From a virus (Duplodnaviria; Caudoviricetes): DNA of 52,684 bases. Below the pieces are notes generated by a model that was not told the DNA's origin, ran no database searches, and saw nothing but the letters and a program-made list of their open reading frames with translations. The first letter of the stretch is position 1. Every line of letters starts with the position of its first letter. Shown piece after piece: positions 17,728 through 27,429 of the stretch. A program made the translations under genes and the position numbers. The stretch lies in IMG/VR virus record IMGVR_UViG_3300043270_000010, positions 1 through 52,684 of that record; one strand, written 5' to 3'.

Positions 17728-18888
17728 CTAGGCGAACCCCTCGTTCCCCGGGCTCGTCTGCAGCTCGCTGATCGCGAGCACGCCGTCGCCGTCCCAGCTC
17801 GCCGTGTACGCGTAGATGCGCTGCGCGCCGCTGAACCCCCCGCACAGCGCCGCCCCGGCGCGGACGGTGACGAGGTCGCCCTCCGCGAAGTCGCCGAACG
17901 TGAACGCCCCCCGCTGCGGCGTGACATGCACCAGCTCGTGCGGCAACGCCCGCAGCCAGCTCTCCGCCAGCCACTGCCACCAGTACAGCTCCCTGCCGAC
18001 GGTCGCCTCGTCGCCCCGGGCGTCGAAGATCTGGATCTCCATGCGGACGTCATAGTCGGCCTGGCTCTGCACCCTCCGCGCGTTCACGGCCGACTTCGGC
18101 GGGTCCGGCATCGGCGAAGTCGAGACGACGTTCGCCCGCCAGTGCTGCACGCCGCCCGGGTCGTTCTCCGTCTTGACGCGCGGCCCGAGGTAGTACCACA
18201 GCTTGTTGACGAGGTTCTCCATGTTCGTGTTCCAACGGACGGCGCCGACGTTGCGTGCCCCCATCGCGTACTCCAGGATGATCTCGCCGGTGCGGTCGGT
18301 CCCGTAGTTGCCGTTGTAGCCGTCGATGCGCGCCATGTTCCCCGCCACGTCGATCGGCGTCTCCACGATGTCGAGCTGCCCCGTCGAGATGAGCAGGCTC
18401 GCGACCTCCGCGATCGTCATCGGCCAGTCCACCGGCGCCCCCTCGACGCTGACGCCGCCCGTCGCGAACGACCCGATCTGCACCCTGAGCGGCCCCTCCG
18501 CGTCATCCGGGATGTCGCCCGCGTCCTCGCTGTTGACGAGGATCTGCTCCAGGATCTGCGGCGCCGTCTGGAAGTCCTCGATGAACGTCGGGTTCGAGAA
18601 GTCTCCATCCGCGTCGCGGGCGGGCCGCTTCTCCCACAGCTCCATCGGCCCCGTCACGTTGTACTGCACGTACCCGGTGTCCTCCCCGGCGCTGACCTCC
18701 CTGACGATCGCGCGGCCATGCAGCGCCAGCGTCCCGTCTAGGTAGATCTTGACCCTGCTCCCGCTCGCGCCGGTCGCGAGATGCATGGGAACGGTGACGA
18801 TGCCCTGACTCGGCGCGTTCATGCGGCGCGTAACGCTGCCGCTGACCGTCTGCACCTCCGCGTTGTCGATGAACACCTCTGCGGCCAC
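17728..18888 (-). CDS. Minor tail/baseplate hub protein
   Basis: Second gene after tape measure; C-terminal GDLVTV....G.QRI. Confidence 0.7.
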   Translation of the reverse strand: MAAEVFIDNAEVQTVSGSVTRRMNAPSQGIVTVPMHLATGASGSRVKIYLDGTLALHGRAIVREVSAGEDTGYVQYNVTGPMELWEKRPARDADGDFSNPTFIEDFQTAPQILEQILVNSEDAGDIPDDAEGPLRVQIGSFATGGVSVEGAPVDWPMTIAEVASLLISTGQLDIVETPIDVAGNMARIDGYNGNYGTDRTGEIILEYAMGARNVGAVRWNTNMENLVNKLWYYLGPRVKTENDPGGVQHWRANVVSTSPMPDPPKSAVNARRVQSQADYDVRMEIQIFDARGDEATVGRELYWWQWLAESWLRALPHELVHVTPQRGAFTFGDFAEGDLVTVRAGAALCGGFSGAQRIYAYTASWDGDGVLAISELQTSPGNEGFA

Positions 18889-18897
18889 CGGCGGCTC

Positions 18898-19362
18898 CTA
18901 CGTCGCGTCCGGGTCGGCCGCGACGAGCGCCAGCACGAAGTCGAGCACTTGGTAGTTGTCCACGTGCTCCCACTGCAACCCCTGCTCGTCCAGGTGCACT
19001 GTGAGGCTCCGGGCGCTCTTGCCGGTCGGCGTCCACGCGAGCGTCCCCGACGCCGGTGCGAGGATGCTCTCCGCCGCCGCCTCTAGGTCCTCCTCCATGT
19101 CGTTCCGGGCGGCCACGATCGCCGTCTCCACGTGCGTGCTGAGGATGAGCAAGCTGCCCTCCAACGTGAAGTGCCTCGGCTCCTTCCAGCTCGGGTGGAC
19201 GATGCCCCCGTCGCCGTACGGGACCTTGTCCACCGGGACGCGCGCCTGGATGCCGTGCAGCCCCGGCGTCTTGTTGAGGTAGTACTGGTCGGCCGCGCCG
19301 CTGTTGAACGTGATGGTGCCGCCCGGGGTCGTCAGCGTGTATGCGACGCCGATGTCGGTCAT
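18898..19362 (-). CDS. Distal tail (Dit-like) protein
   Basis: First gene after tape measure; PYGDGG...PR.FTLEG.L, ends L.AADP. Confidence 0.7.
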   Translation of the reverse strand: MTDIGVAYTLTTPGGTITFNSGAADQYYLNKTPGLHGIQARVPVDKVPYGDGGIVHPSWKEPRHFTLEGSLLILSTHVETAIVAARNDMEEDLEAAAESILAPASGTLAWTPTGKSARSLTVHLDEQGLQWEHVDNYQVLDFVLALVAADPDAT

Positions 19363-22300
19363 ACGATCTCCATGTTCGCCTTGCTCGTGATCGCCTGGTT
19401 CGCCGCCTCCGGGTGCGTGGTGCCCCGCTGGATCTCCCGCAGCACGGCGAGCATCCGCCGCTGCGTATCGAGGAGCGCCTGCGCCTGCCCGCGAGTGATG
19501 CCCTCACGGTTGTCGCTCGCCGCCTGCGCCGTCGTCAGCGTCTGCCCCGGCGTCCGCGGCAGTCCCGGCACGTCCTCCCGGTCGATGCTTCCTCCGCCCG
19601 CTGCGCTCGTGCCAGGCGTCGGCCCCGGGGTGAGCAGCCCCGCCGTGCTTCCCGTCGGCAGCAGGTTACTGAGGAGGCGTCCGGCGAATCCCTGCTGCGT
19701 CTGCAGCAGGCTGAACGTCTGCTCCGCGAACGACCGGCCCGCCTCGTCCGCGACGTCCTTCTCCTCCTCCCGCAGCTCCCGCAGCTCTTTCTGCGTCCGC
19801 CGCAGCTCGATCAGCCATTTCCGCCGTTCGGCGCTGCCCTTCTTGCTCTCGTTGACGCGCTTGCGGTAGTAGCGGATGAGCGCGTTCAGCGCCCTCTCGT
19901 CGTCCTTGATCGTGTTCTCCGTCAGCCCGGCGAGAGTGAGGTTGTCACGGAGGCGATCCTCCGTCGCCTGCAGCCGGTTCTCCTTCTCCCGCTCCGTGAT
20001 CTCCCGCAGCTCGTTCCGCGCCGCCCGGATCTGCGCGAGGTACTGGCGGCCCGCGGCCGTCGCGATCCCGACCGCCTTGATCCGTTCCCGCCAGAACCTG
20101 ATCAGCGCTCGCAGCGCGACGCGGTCGTCCCTGATCGTGTTCTCCGTCAGCTGCGCCAGCCGCAGGTTGCCCTGCAGGATGCCCTCCCGCTCCTGCGCCC
20201 GCGCGTCAGCCCGTTCCTTCGCGGCCCTCGTCCGCTCGTCCGCCGCCTGCTCCTCCGCGTCGGCCGCCGCCCTCGCCGCGTCCTCTTCCTGCGCCGCGAT
20301 CGACCTCAGCTCCGCTTCCGCCTGCAACGCCTCGATCAGGAACTGGCGGCGGATCGCGGGCTTCAGGCGGGCGTTCGCGCTCATTTGCCTTGCCCACGCC
20401 GCCAGTTCCCGCAACGCCACCTTGTCGTCCGCGAGCGTCTCGTTCCGCAGCCGAGCGATCTCGACGTTCTCCCGCAGCCTCGTCGCTCTCGCTTCCGCCT
20501 CCGCCGCCGTGATCCCGCTCGGCTTCGCCCTCGGCAGCTTCACGCCGCCGCCGGTGCTGGTGACTCCCCGCGGCCCCGCCGGTCCCGCCGGGGGCAGCGC
20601 CGACGTGACTGGCTGCAGGTCGATGCCGCCGGGGGCGCCGGGCCTGCCGGTCGGGCGTACCGTGATCACGTTCACGCGCACGGTCGTGTCCACCGACGTG
20701 CCGTCGATCGCTTCCAGGTCGCCCTTGAAGTCGCGGAGGTCCTCGCGGGCGCCGTTGATGGCGTCCGCTACCCCGCCGAACTTGTCCCCGATGAACGGGA
20801 TGTGCGACGCGGCGTCCGCGAGCGTCGAGAGGCCGCCGAGGAACTTGTCTATGGCGTCGATCGCGCGGCCGACGACGGCCACGATCACGTCCGAGAGGCT
20901 CCTCCACGCCTTCGCGAACACGGCGAGCGCGGCGGCGACGTCGTAGATCGCGACCTTCAGCGTGAACCCGATGATCTTCGCCAGGGGCTTCAGCACGACG
21001 ATCGATCGCTGCACGATCACGCCGATGTCTCCGAACGCCTGCTTGAGGAGGGGGCTGACGTCCCGGAACGCCTGCCCGATCTCCTCCACGATCGTCTTGA
21101 AGAACGCGTATACGTCGCGAGCGGCCGCCGCCGCGCCCTCGCTATCTCGGATCGCCTGCACCATGCTCGTCAGCCCGTCGAACGCGCTGTTCACGGCCGG
21201 GAGGAGCGCCTGCCCGATCTCGATCTGCAAGGCGTTTACGTTGTTCTTGAACAGCTGGATCTGGCTCGCGGTTGTGCCGAACCTGATCGTCGCCTCCTTC
21301 TGCAGCGCGTTGTTCTCCCGCCACGCCTGGTTGCCCGTCTTGAGCGCGCTCTCCAGCAGCTCGCCGCTCCCGGCGGCCCGCAGGAGCGCGTCTCGGACGC
21401 GGATGCCGCCGAGGCCGAGCTGGTCGAGGGTCGCGAACACGTTGCCGCCCTCGGCGTCTACGCGGCCCAGCCCTTTGATGAACTCCGTCACGGCCTGCGC
21501 GGGCTTCGTGCGGAACTCCTCCGCGAACTCCTGCGCCGACTTCCCGCTGACGGCCGCGAACTGATCCAGCTTCTCGCCGCCCTTCGCGACGGTGCTCGCG
21601 ATCTTCACGAACGTCGTGCTGATCGCGGTGCCGCCCGCCTCCGCGTTGAGGCCGAGGCTCGCGAGGGCCGCGCCAAAGCCGAGGATCTCACTCTGCGTCA
21701 GCCCGACCTGATGCCCGGCGCCGCTGATGCGGAGCGCGAAGTCCGTGATCTCGCTCTCCGTCGCCGCCGTCCGGTTCCCGAGCTGCACGAGCGTCGAGCC
21801 GAGGTTGTCGAACTGATCCTGCGGCAGCTGCGTGATGTTCGCCATGCGGGCGAGCGCGTCCGCCGCGACGTCGCTCGTGAGGTCGGTCGTGACGCCGAGC
21901 TTCGCGACCGTGTCCGTGAACCCTGCGATCGCGCCCTTCTCGATCCCGAGCGCTCCCGCCGCCTCCCCGATCGCGTTCAGCTCGTTCACGTTGATCGGGA
22001 TGCGGGTGCTCATCTCTAGGAACGTCTCGCTGAGCGCTTTCAGCTCCTGGTCGGTCGCGTCCACCGTCTTGACGACCCCTGCGAAGCTGCTTTCGAAGTC
22101 CACGGCCGCGCCGATCAGGCCCTTGGCGGCGAGTCCGGTGGCCGCGATGCCCGCCGCCACCCCCCCGGCGCCGAGGAGGACGCCGGTGCGTGCCGCCGCC
22201 CCCCCCATCGCCCCCAGGCTGGCCGTCGTCAGCGACGACTGCCTCGTCAGCCCCTTCAGCGTCCCGGTGGTCGCTGTCGCGTCGGCGCCGACCCTCTTGA

Positions 22301-22472
22301 TGCCCGCGCTCGCCCCCGCCGCCGCGACGCCGCCTCCTCCTCCGGCGCCGCGGACGCTCGCGGTCGGCGTCGCGGTCGCCAGCTCCCGCTGGATCTGCCG
22401 CTTCGTCTCCGCGCCGAAGCCGCGTGTGTCCGGCCGGATCTCGACGTACGCGATCTCGATCGGCTCAGCCAC
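19359..22472 (-). CDS. Tail tape measure protein (TP901-type core)
   Basis: AVDFESSFAGVVKTVD, LGSTLVQLGNRTAATESEI, AEAGGTAIS; 1037 aa, Ala-rich. Confidence 0.95.
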   Translation of the reverse strand: MAEPIEIAYVEIRPDTRGFGAETKRQIQRELATATPTASVRGAGGGGGVAAAGASAGIKRVGADATATTGTLKGLTRQSSLTTASLGAMGGAAARTGVLLGAGGVAAGIAATGLAAKGLIGAAVDFESSFAGVVKTVDATDQELKALSETFLEMSTRIPINVNELNAIGEAAGALGIEKGAIAGFTDTVAKLGVTTDLTSDVAADALARMANITQLPQDQFDNLGSTLVQLGNRTAATESEITDFALRISGAGHQVGLTQSEILGFGAALASLGLNAEAGGTAISTTFVKIASTVAKGGEKLDQFAAVSGKSAQEFAEEFRTKPAQAVTEFIKGLGRVDAEGGNVFATLDQLGLGGIRVRDALLRAAGSGELLESALKTGNQAWRENNALQKEATIRFGTTASQIQLFKNNVNALQIEIGQALLPAVNSAFDGLTSMVQAIRDSEGAAAAARDVYAFFKTIVEEIGQAFRDVSPLLKQAFGDIGVIVQRSIVVLKPLAKIIGFTLKVAIYDVAAALAVFAKAWRSLSDVIVAVVGRAIDAIDKFLGGLSTLADAASHIPFIGDKFGGVADAINGAREDLRDFKGDLEAIDGTSVDTTVRVNVITVRPTGRPGAPGGIDLQPVTSALPPAGPAGPRGVTSTGGGVKLPRAKPSGITAAEAEARATRLRENVEIARLRNETLADDKVALRELAAWARQMSANARLKPAIRRQFLIEALQAEAELRSIAAQEEDAARAAADAEEQAADERTRAAKERADARAQEREGILQGNLRLAQLTENTIRDDRVALRALIRFWRERIKAVGIATAAGRQYLAQIRAARNELREITEREKENRLQATEDRLRDNLTLAGLTENTIKDDERALNALIRYYRKRVNESKKGSAERRKWLIELRRTQKELRELREEEKDVADEAGRSFAEQTFSLLQTQQGFAGRLLSNLLPTGSTAGLLTPGPTPGTSAAGGGSIDREDVPGLPRTPGQTLTTAQAASDNREGITRGQAQALLDTQRRMLAVLREIQRGTTHPEAANQAITSKANMEIV

Positions 22473-22787
22473 CGGCCATCATCGCCTTCAGCTTCCGCAG
22501 GCTCGCCTCGTTCATCGCCTCCACGCTGCCGCCCGCCGCGACCTTCGCGGCGCCGTCCTCCGCGTACCGGATCGTGCGGCGCCCCATGCTCTCCAGCCGT
22601 TGAAGCGCGTCGAGGAGCGGAATGCCGAGCCTGACGGCCTCCCTCAGCTGCAGGGCGTACGCGGCGTCGAGGAACGTCGCGAGCGTCATGCCGTCGCCGT
22701 TGCCTCCCGCGAGGGCGGCCTCACCGTAGATCGCCGAGCGGTGCCGCCACGCCCAGGCTCCGAGGGCGACGGCGTCTCCGTAGGGCG
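22465..22787 (-). CDS. Tail assembly chaperone, frameshift-extended part (gpGT-like)
   Basis: Open -1 frame PYGDAVALGAWAW...FLDAAYAL overlapping the chaperone 3' end, just before TMP. Confidence 0.65.
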
Positions 22788-23081
22788 GTGGCTCTGCGTC
22801 TCCACCATCCACCTGACCAGCTCACGGATCTGCACGAACGGGATGGCGTCCTCCTCCCTCGCCCGGAGCTCCTTCCACCGCTCGGCGTCCTCGGGCGTGA
22901 GGAACGCGCAGATGCGTCCGTCGAGGCGCTGCACGCTGGCCGCGGCCGTGTCGTTCTCCTCCTCCTCCATGTCCTCCCACTCGGCCAGCACTTCCGGGCG
23001 GACGTATCTCATCGTGAACGTCTGCCCGCGCACGACGAACGACAGGTCGTCCTGCAGCAGCTCGTCAAAGTTACGTGGCAC
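22686..23081 (-). CDS. Tail assembly chaperone (gpG-like)
   Basis: AAGGAGGAG RBS plus GTG; position before TMP; RPT motif at the frame overlap. Confidence 0.75.
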   Translation of the reverse strand: MPRNFDELLQDDLSFVVRGQTFTMRYVRPEVLAEWEDMEEEENDTAAASVQRLDGRICAFLTPEDAERWKELRAREEDAIPFVQIRELVRWMVETQSHRPTETPSPSEPGRGGTARRSTVRPPSREATATA

Positions 23082-23216
23082 GGTTCTCCTCCTTCGTAGA
23101 CCGCTCCGATCGTACCGCCGCCCCTCCGTTTCCACGTGAAAACGCTGCCGCAGCACCCCGCAGGCGGCGCTGGGTGGCCCCCTGCCGCGTCGCGGGGCCG
23201 CCGCCGACGTGTTTCC

Positions 23217-23549
23217 CTACCCCCCGCGCCGCCCGGCCCTGAGGGCCGGAGCGAGGAACGGAAAGCGGCGGCCGTTCCGCGTCAGCCCCGTCTCCAGGTA
23301 GAAGCCGTACTCGACGTTCGTGCCGATGCGGGCGACGATCGTGCCGCGGCTCTCCCGCACCTCCCACGTGATGCTGCTCCGCAGGCGGCCGGTGTCCACA
23401 CGCGGCCCCGGCCTGTCGGTCGCGTTCAGCTTCGCCTGGTTCGTGACCTTCACCGCCCGCCGCGCCAGCTCCCGCGCGACCGCCCCGTTCTGGCCGCTGA
23501 GCAGCTTCCTCATCGCCCTGCCGTTCTCCACGACGCGTACGCGGGGCAT
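23217..23549 (-). CDS. HK97 gp10-like tail completion protein
   Basis: VDTGRLRSSI, IGTNVEYG.YLE.G, PFLAPAL. Confidence 0.85.
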   Translation of the reverse strand: MPRVRVVENGRAMRKLLSGQNGAVARELARRAVKVTNQAKLNATDRPGPRVDTGRLRSSITWEVRESRGTIVARIGTNVEYGFYLETGLTRNGRRFPFLAPALRAGRRGG

Positions 23550-24106
23550 CAGCTCGGGATCTCCATCCCGTACCCGTACCCGTCGAGCTGGAACCGCAGA
23601 TCAATCCTCCACCCGGCGCAGCCACCCTCCGGCAGATACGCCTCCACGCCGTCCCAGGTCATCTCGTCGCACACGTCGGTCAGCAGCCCCTGCGCCTGCC
23701 GGTTGAACAGGCCGTTGTAGAGCGCCCAAGCGTCCGCGTACCCCTGCCGTCCTGCCAGCTCCAGCTCCGCCGCCGTCGGCGGCACGTACGTCTTGCCGCG
23801 CGTCTCGCCCTTCGGCTGGCAGCGCGTGACGCCGATCTGGACGGACACGAGCGGGACCCGGCCGTTGACGTGCCGTCGTCCGATGACACCGCTCGGGCTG
23901 CTCGGGCTGGTCGCCTGCTCCGTGATCCGCGGCACCCACACGGCCAGCAGGTCGCAGCAGTCCCACACCGGCTCCCCCAGCACGAGCCGCTGCTCCGTCG
24001 GCGCCCCCTGCAGCTGAGGGTCGTCGCCCGGGATGCTGTCGAGGATCTGCACGGCCGCGTCGCGGACGTCGGAGGCCAACTCGTACAGGTCGGTGCTGTC
24101 GGCCAT
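23549..24106 (-). CDS. Head-tail joining/tail terminator protein
   Basis: WDCCDLL.V, RCQP, P.GGCAG motifs; position. Confidence 0.65.
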   Translation of the reverse strand: MADSTDLYELASDVRDAAVQILDSIPGDDPQLQGAPTEQRLVLGEPVWDCCDLLAVWVPRITEQATSPSSPSGVIGRRHVNGRVPLVSVQIGVTRCQPKGETRGKTYVPPTAAELELAGRQGYADAWALYNGLFNRQAQGLLTDVCDEMTWDGVEAYLPEGGCAGWRIDLRFQLDGYGYGMEIPS

Positions 24107-25269
24107 CAGTCCGCCACCCCGGGCACCCGCCGCGGCCTGCGCGGCATGTCCGGCGACCACACGGTCGCGCGGCTCCGCTGCCCCGTCGGGTTGTACGCGT
24201 TAAGGAAAGCATCCGTGAGCGGCAGCCCCGTCCTCCACACGCCCTGCGTGTCGCGCCCCCAGCCGGTGAAACGGTCGAGATCGATCGTGATGCCCTGCCG
24301 CTGGATACGGACGACGCCGTTCGGGAGCGGGCACTCCTCGATCTCGCCGCCGCCGCTGCACGTCTGATGGATCGCGCACGCCAGCTCGACAGCCGCCAGC
24401 TGCCCCGCCGCCGGAGGCACGACGCCGAACTCGTACAGGACGCTGAACGTCCCGTCCTCCGTCTCCGGGAGGCTGAGGTCCTGGCAGCCCGGCCAGAACA
24501 GCGGCGTGTCCGGGTCCGCCGGGTCGGGCGTGCGGACGAGCCACCGGCGTTCCCGCAGCTCGTACGTGTCGGCGCTGACGACGGCCCCGTCGATCGTGAC
24601 CTCCACGATCCCGCTCGGGCTGCCCGGCAACGTGACGACGCTGAGCGGCGCGCACCCGCACCCCTCCGCCATCGTTCGCGCCCGGCCCCCCCACGTGCCG
24701 TACACGCCGTAGTCGAGGCTGCTGATCCAGCCCCAGCCCCCCCCCGTCCACGTCCCCCACGGGCCGCCGCACGCCGCCGAGCAGGGCCGGAAGCGGTCCT
24801 GGCAGGTGCCCGCGAACTGACGGCCGCTGAACGCGTACAGCAGCTGGCTCGCCGCCACGAGCGGCGTCTCCAGCACGCTCGTGTCGCTCTCCGTCCCGCA
24901 GCACTCCGCGATAGCCTCCAGCGTCGTCCACGCCTGGCACGGCCCCTGGCTCGGGTCGCCGTCGATCGGCAGCAGACCGCCGCCCCCGAGCGACGCGACG
25001 ACGACGACCTCGTCCACGCTCGTCGTCTTAGGATCGAACGTCCCGTCCGACGACCACAGGAGGCTCCACTGCGTCCCCGCCGCCCCCGGAGCCGAGAACG
25101 TCCGCGTGTACGCCCCCGTCGTTCCCAGCTCGATGATCCCCGCGGTCGTCGGGCCGAACACCGTCGCGCCCTGGTTGTCGTCGATGCGGACGGCGACCGT
25201 CCCGACGAGGCCGCTCGTCCCGCTCTCGTAGACGGCCTCGAACGTGCCGCCCTGCACCACCTCAGGCAT
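24106..25269 (-). CDS. Head-to-tail adaptor with N-terminal extension
   Basis: AS.LL...SGRQF.G.C...RPC, WPGCQDL, ELAC, RQGITI, TGL...D.FL..YNP. Confidence 0.75.
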   Translation of the reverse strand: MPEVVQGGTFEAVYESGTSGLVGTVAVRIDDNQGATVFGPTTAGIIELGTTGAYTRTFSAPGAAGTQWSLLWSSDGTFDPKTTSVDEVVVVASLGGGGLLPIDGDPSQGPCQAWTTLEAIAECCGTESDTSVLETPLVAASQLLYAFSGRQFAGTCQDRFRPCSAACGGPWGTWTGGGWGWISSLDYGVYGTWGGRARTMAEGCGCAPLSVVTLPGSPSGIVEVTIDGAVVSADTYELRERRWLVRTPDPADPDTPLFWPGCQDLSLPETEDGTFSVLYEFGVVPPAAGQLAAVELACAIHQTCSGGGEIEECPLPNGVVRIQRQGITIDLDRFTGWGRDTQGVWRTGLPLTDAFLNAYNPTGQRSRATVWSPDMPRRPRRVPGVAD

Positions 25270-26428
25270 GTGCGATCACGCTCCTATCGTCGCATGCGTC
25301 CGCCGCCCGGCCGCCGCCGGTCGCCCTGTACCAGCCCCCGTCCCACAGGCCGTCGAGCCGGTCGAACCAGTCCTCGTACAGTGGCGCCACCGCGTTCAAC
25401 GAGTACCGCTCCAGCGCTCTCGCCCGCAGCGCCTCCGGGTCAAGGTCGGCCGCCTTCTCGACGGCTGCTACGCCCTCTTGGAGCGTGCGGATGCGCCAGC
25501 CGGTGACGCCGTTCTCGACCGTCTCCGGGAACGCCCCGAAGTCCGTCGTGATCGCCGGTGTCCCGCACAGCGGCGCCTCCACCGCGACCGCCCCGAACGG
25601 CTCGATGTACAGCGTCGGCGCGAGCACCGCCCTCGCCTCCGCCATCAGCCGCGACCGCTCCTCCCCACCGACGCACCCCTGGTAGTGAACGTCGCCGTCG
25701 ATGCGGGTGCCGTCCTGACATACGATCACCTTGCCGTCCTCCCAAGTCGCCGCCCCCGACCCGGCAACGAGCAGCGGCAGCCCGCTCTCCCGCGCGATCT
25801 CCGCCGCCACCTGCACGCCCTTCCGCGCGATCAGCCTCCCGACGAACACGAGATGGTCGCCCTTCGCGTCCGCGACCCGCCACTCGTCCGGGTCGAAGAA
25901 GTTCGGGATCACCGTATCGTAGTGGCGGCCGTCGTGGATGCCCGCCACCCCGTACATCTGATGCCGCCACGCGTGACTCTCGAAGCATACGAACCTGGCG
26001 AACCAGCCGGAGTACCCGGCCGCCCACTCGCATGCCGTCAGATGCGGCAGCGCGTCCGCGATCGGCTTCTGCGCCAGCCCCCCGGTGAGGAGCAGCAGGT
26101 CGCGCTTCCCCGCCGTGTCCCGCAGGTACTCGACGGCCCGAGCGTTCGTGACCTGGTACTGCTCGCTGTTCGCGTCCCACGCCCCGGCGACGATCGGCAG
26201 CGTGTTCGCGTCGTACGGCCCGAACCACCGCTCCTGCTCCTCCCTCGTGAACAACGGGAAGTGATTGGAACACTCCGCCGTCGTGTCCTCCCCCCAGTAG
26301 AACACGACCTGCCAACCGCGACGCGACATCATCTTCCCGAACTTCCACGCCTTCTGCGTGAACGCGCACACGGACGCCTCCTGCGTCAGCTGCGTATGCG
26401 GCAGCCCGACGACGTGCAACGTCGTCAC
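25262..26428 (-). CDS. GT4 (GT-B fold) glycosyltransferase
   Basis: VIPN.FD, FVGRLIARKG, EPFGAVAVEA..CGTP.I.TD.GAF.E.V..GVTG. Confidence 0.9.
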   Translation of the reverse strand: MTTLHVVGLPHTQLTQEASVCAFTQKAWKFGKMMSRRGWQVVFYWGEDTTAECSNHFPLFTREEQERWFGPYDANTLPIVAGAWDANSEQYQVTNARAVEYLRDTAGKRDLLLLTGGLAQKPIADALPHLTACEWAAGYSGWFARFVCFESHAWRHQMYGVAGIHDGRHYDTVIPNFFDPDEWRVADAKGDHLVFVGRLIARKGVQVAAEIARESGLPLLVAGSGAATWEDGKVIVCQDGTRIDGDVHYQGCVGGEERSRLMAEARAVLAPTLYIEPFGAVAVEAPLCGTPAITTDFGAFPETVENGVTGWRIRTLQEGVAAVEKAADLDPEALRARALERYSLNAVAPLYEDWFDRLDGLWDGGWYRATGGGRAADACDDRSVIAHA

Positions 26429-27429
26429 GGCAGATCACCCTTCGCGATCACGCCCAGCGCCTCGACCTCCAGCAGCGTGTACGGCTTCCCGAACACGACC
26501 TGCGATCTGCTGCCATCCCAGGTGTGCGACCATTTCCCGCCGTCCCTGCGGAACCTGTATCCGACCGCGTCCGCCCGGGGCGTCCACCCCACGGTGATCT
26601 TCGTCGCCGTCTCCGACAGAATCGTGAGCGGCAGCGTGTCCTGCGGAGGCGGGGAGGCGGTGGGGAAACGGGCGAGTTCCACCGCCCGCGCCGCCGTCAG
26701 CGCCAGTCCGTACCCGTAGTAGTACGCGACCCACGGGTATGTGGAAGCCGCGCCTTCCTGCCGGTACAGCCCGAGCTTCGGCCACTGGACGCCGTCACCG
26801 TCGCCGGGGTGCGTCCGATAGCCGACACGCTGCAACGTCGGCGCGGATGACGTGTCGGGCGGGGTACCTGTCGAGCACCACGCTCGGAACTCCCCCGCAG
26901 ACGTGTGATGGAACACCTCTAGCACGAAGAACTGACGGCGGTCGAAGTTGAAACCGCCGGGGACGTCGCCGACGCCGCGGAACCGGGGCGGTCCCGCGTC
27001 GAAGTCCAATGCCAGCAGCGGCGACGGCGTAGCCGACTGCGAAGGCGTATGCACCTGCCATATAAGCCCCCAGCAGCCCGTCGGCGGCTTGAAGTCCTGA
27101 GACCGGAGCAGCACCGACCAGGCGTAGAACACGCGGTCGCCGACGCGGGCGCCGCTCGCGTCGTGCGGGTCACGCCAGATCTCGGCGCGGTTCCGGCCGG
27201 GCGTGTCACCGAACTGGTCGGCCACGTCGCCCTGCTTCACCTCGACCCTCCACACGACGGCACCAGAGCCGAGCGGATCCGCCACCCAGCTCATCCGTTC
27301 GTTCGTGCCGGAACCGTTGTTGCGTCCCTCGTAGTCCAGGGTTGTGAAGTCGGCCGGAGCTGTCTGCTCAGGCCACGGCGTCCCCGGTGGGTGGATCACA
27401 CGCGGGAACTGAAGTTCTTGCGGTGCCAT
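26425..27429 (-). CDS. Polysaccharide lyase-like (jelly-roll) virion protein
   Basis: RVEVKQGD, RAEI, YAWS, IWQVH, KLGLYR; small C-terminal beta domain. Confidence 0.65.
   Translation of the reverse strand: MAPQELQFPRVIHPPGTPWPEQTAPADFTTLDYEGRNNGSGTNERMSWVADPLGSGAVVWRVEVKQGDVADQFGDTPGRNRAEIWRDPHDASGARVGDRVFYAWSVLLRSQDFKPPTGCWGLIWQVHTPSQSATPSPLLALDFDAGPPRFRGVGDVPGGFNFDRRQFFVLEVFHHTSAGEFRAWCSTGTPPDTSSAPTLQRVGYRTHPGDGDGVQWPKLGLYRQEGAASTYPWVAYYYGYGLALTAARAVELARFPTASPPPQDTLPLTILSETATKITVGWTPRADAVGYRFRRDGGKWSHTWDGSRSQVVFGKPYTLLEVEALGVIAKGDLP

Noticed and set aside
19780-20500. Three repeated L.EN..LA.LTE.T..DD..AL segments in the tape measure C-terminal half
   Set aside because: Real, but internal helical repeats are ordinary for tape measure proteins
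19341-22019. Long plus-strand ORFs (e.g. 19341-22019, 31500-34148, 38431-40350, 7846-9612)
   Set aside because: Arg/Pro/Ala-rich antisense shadows of well-supported minus-strand genes in high-GC DNA; no motifs
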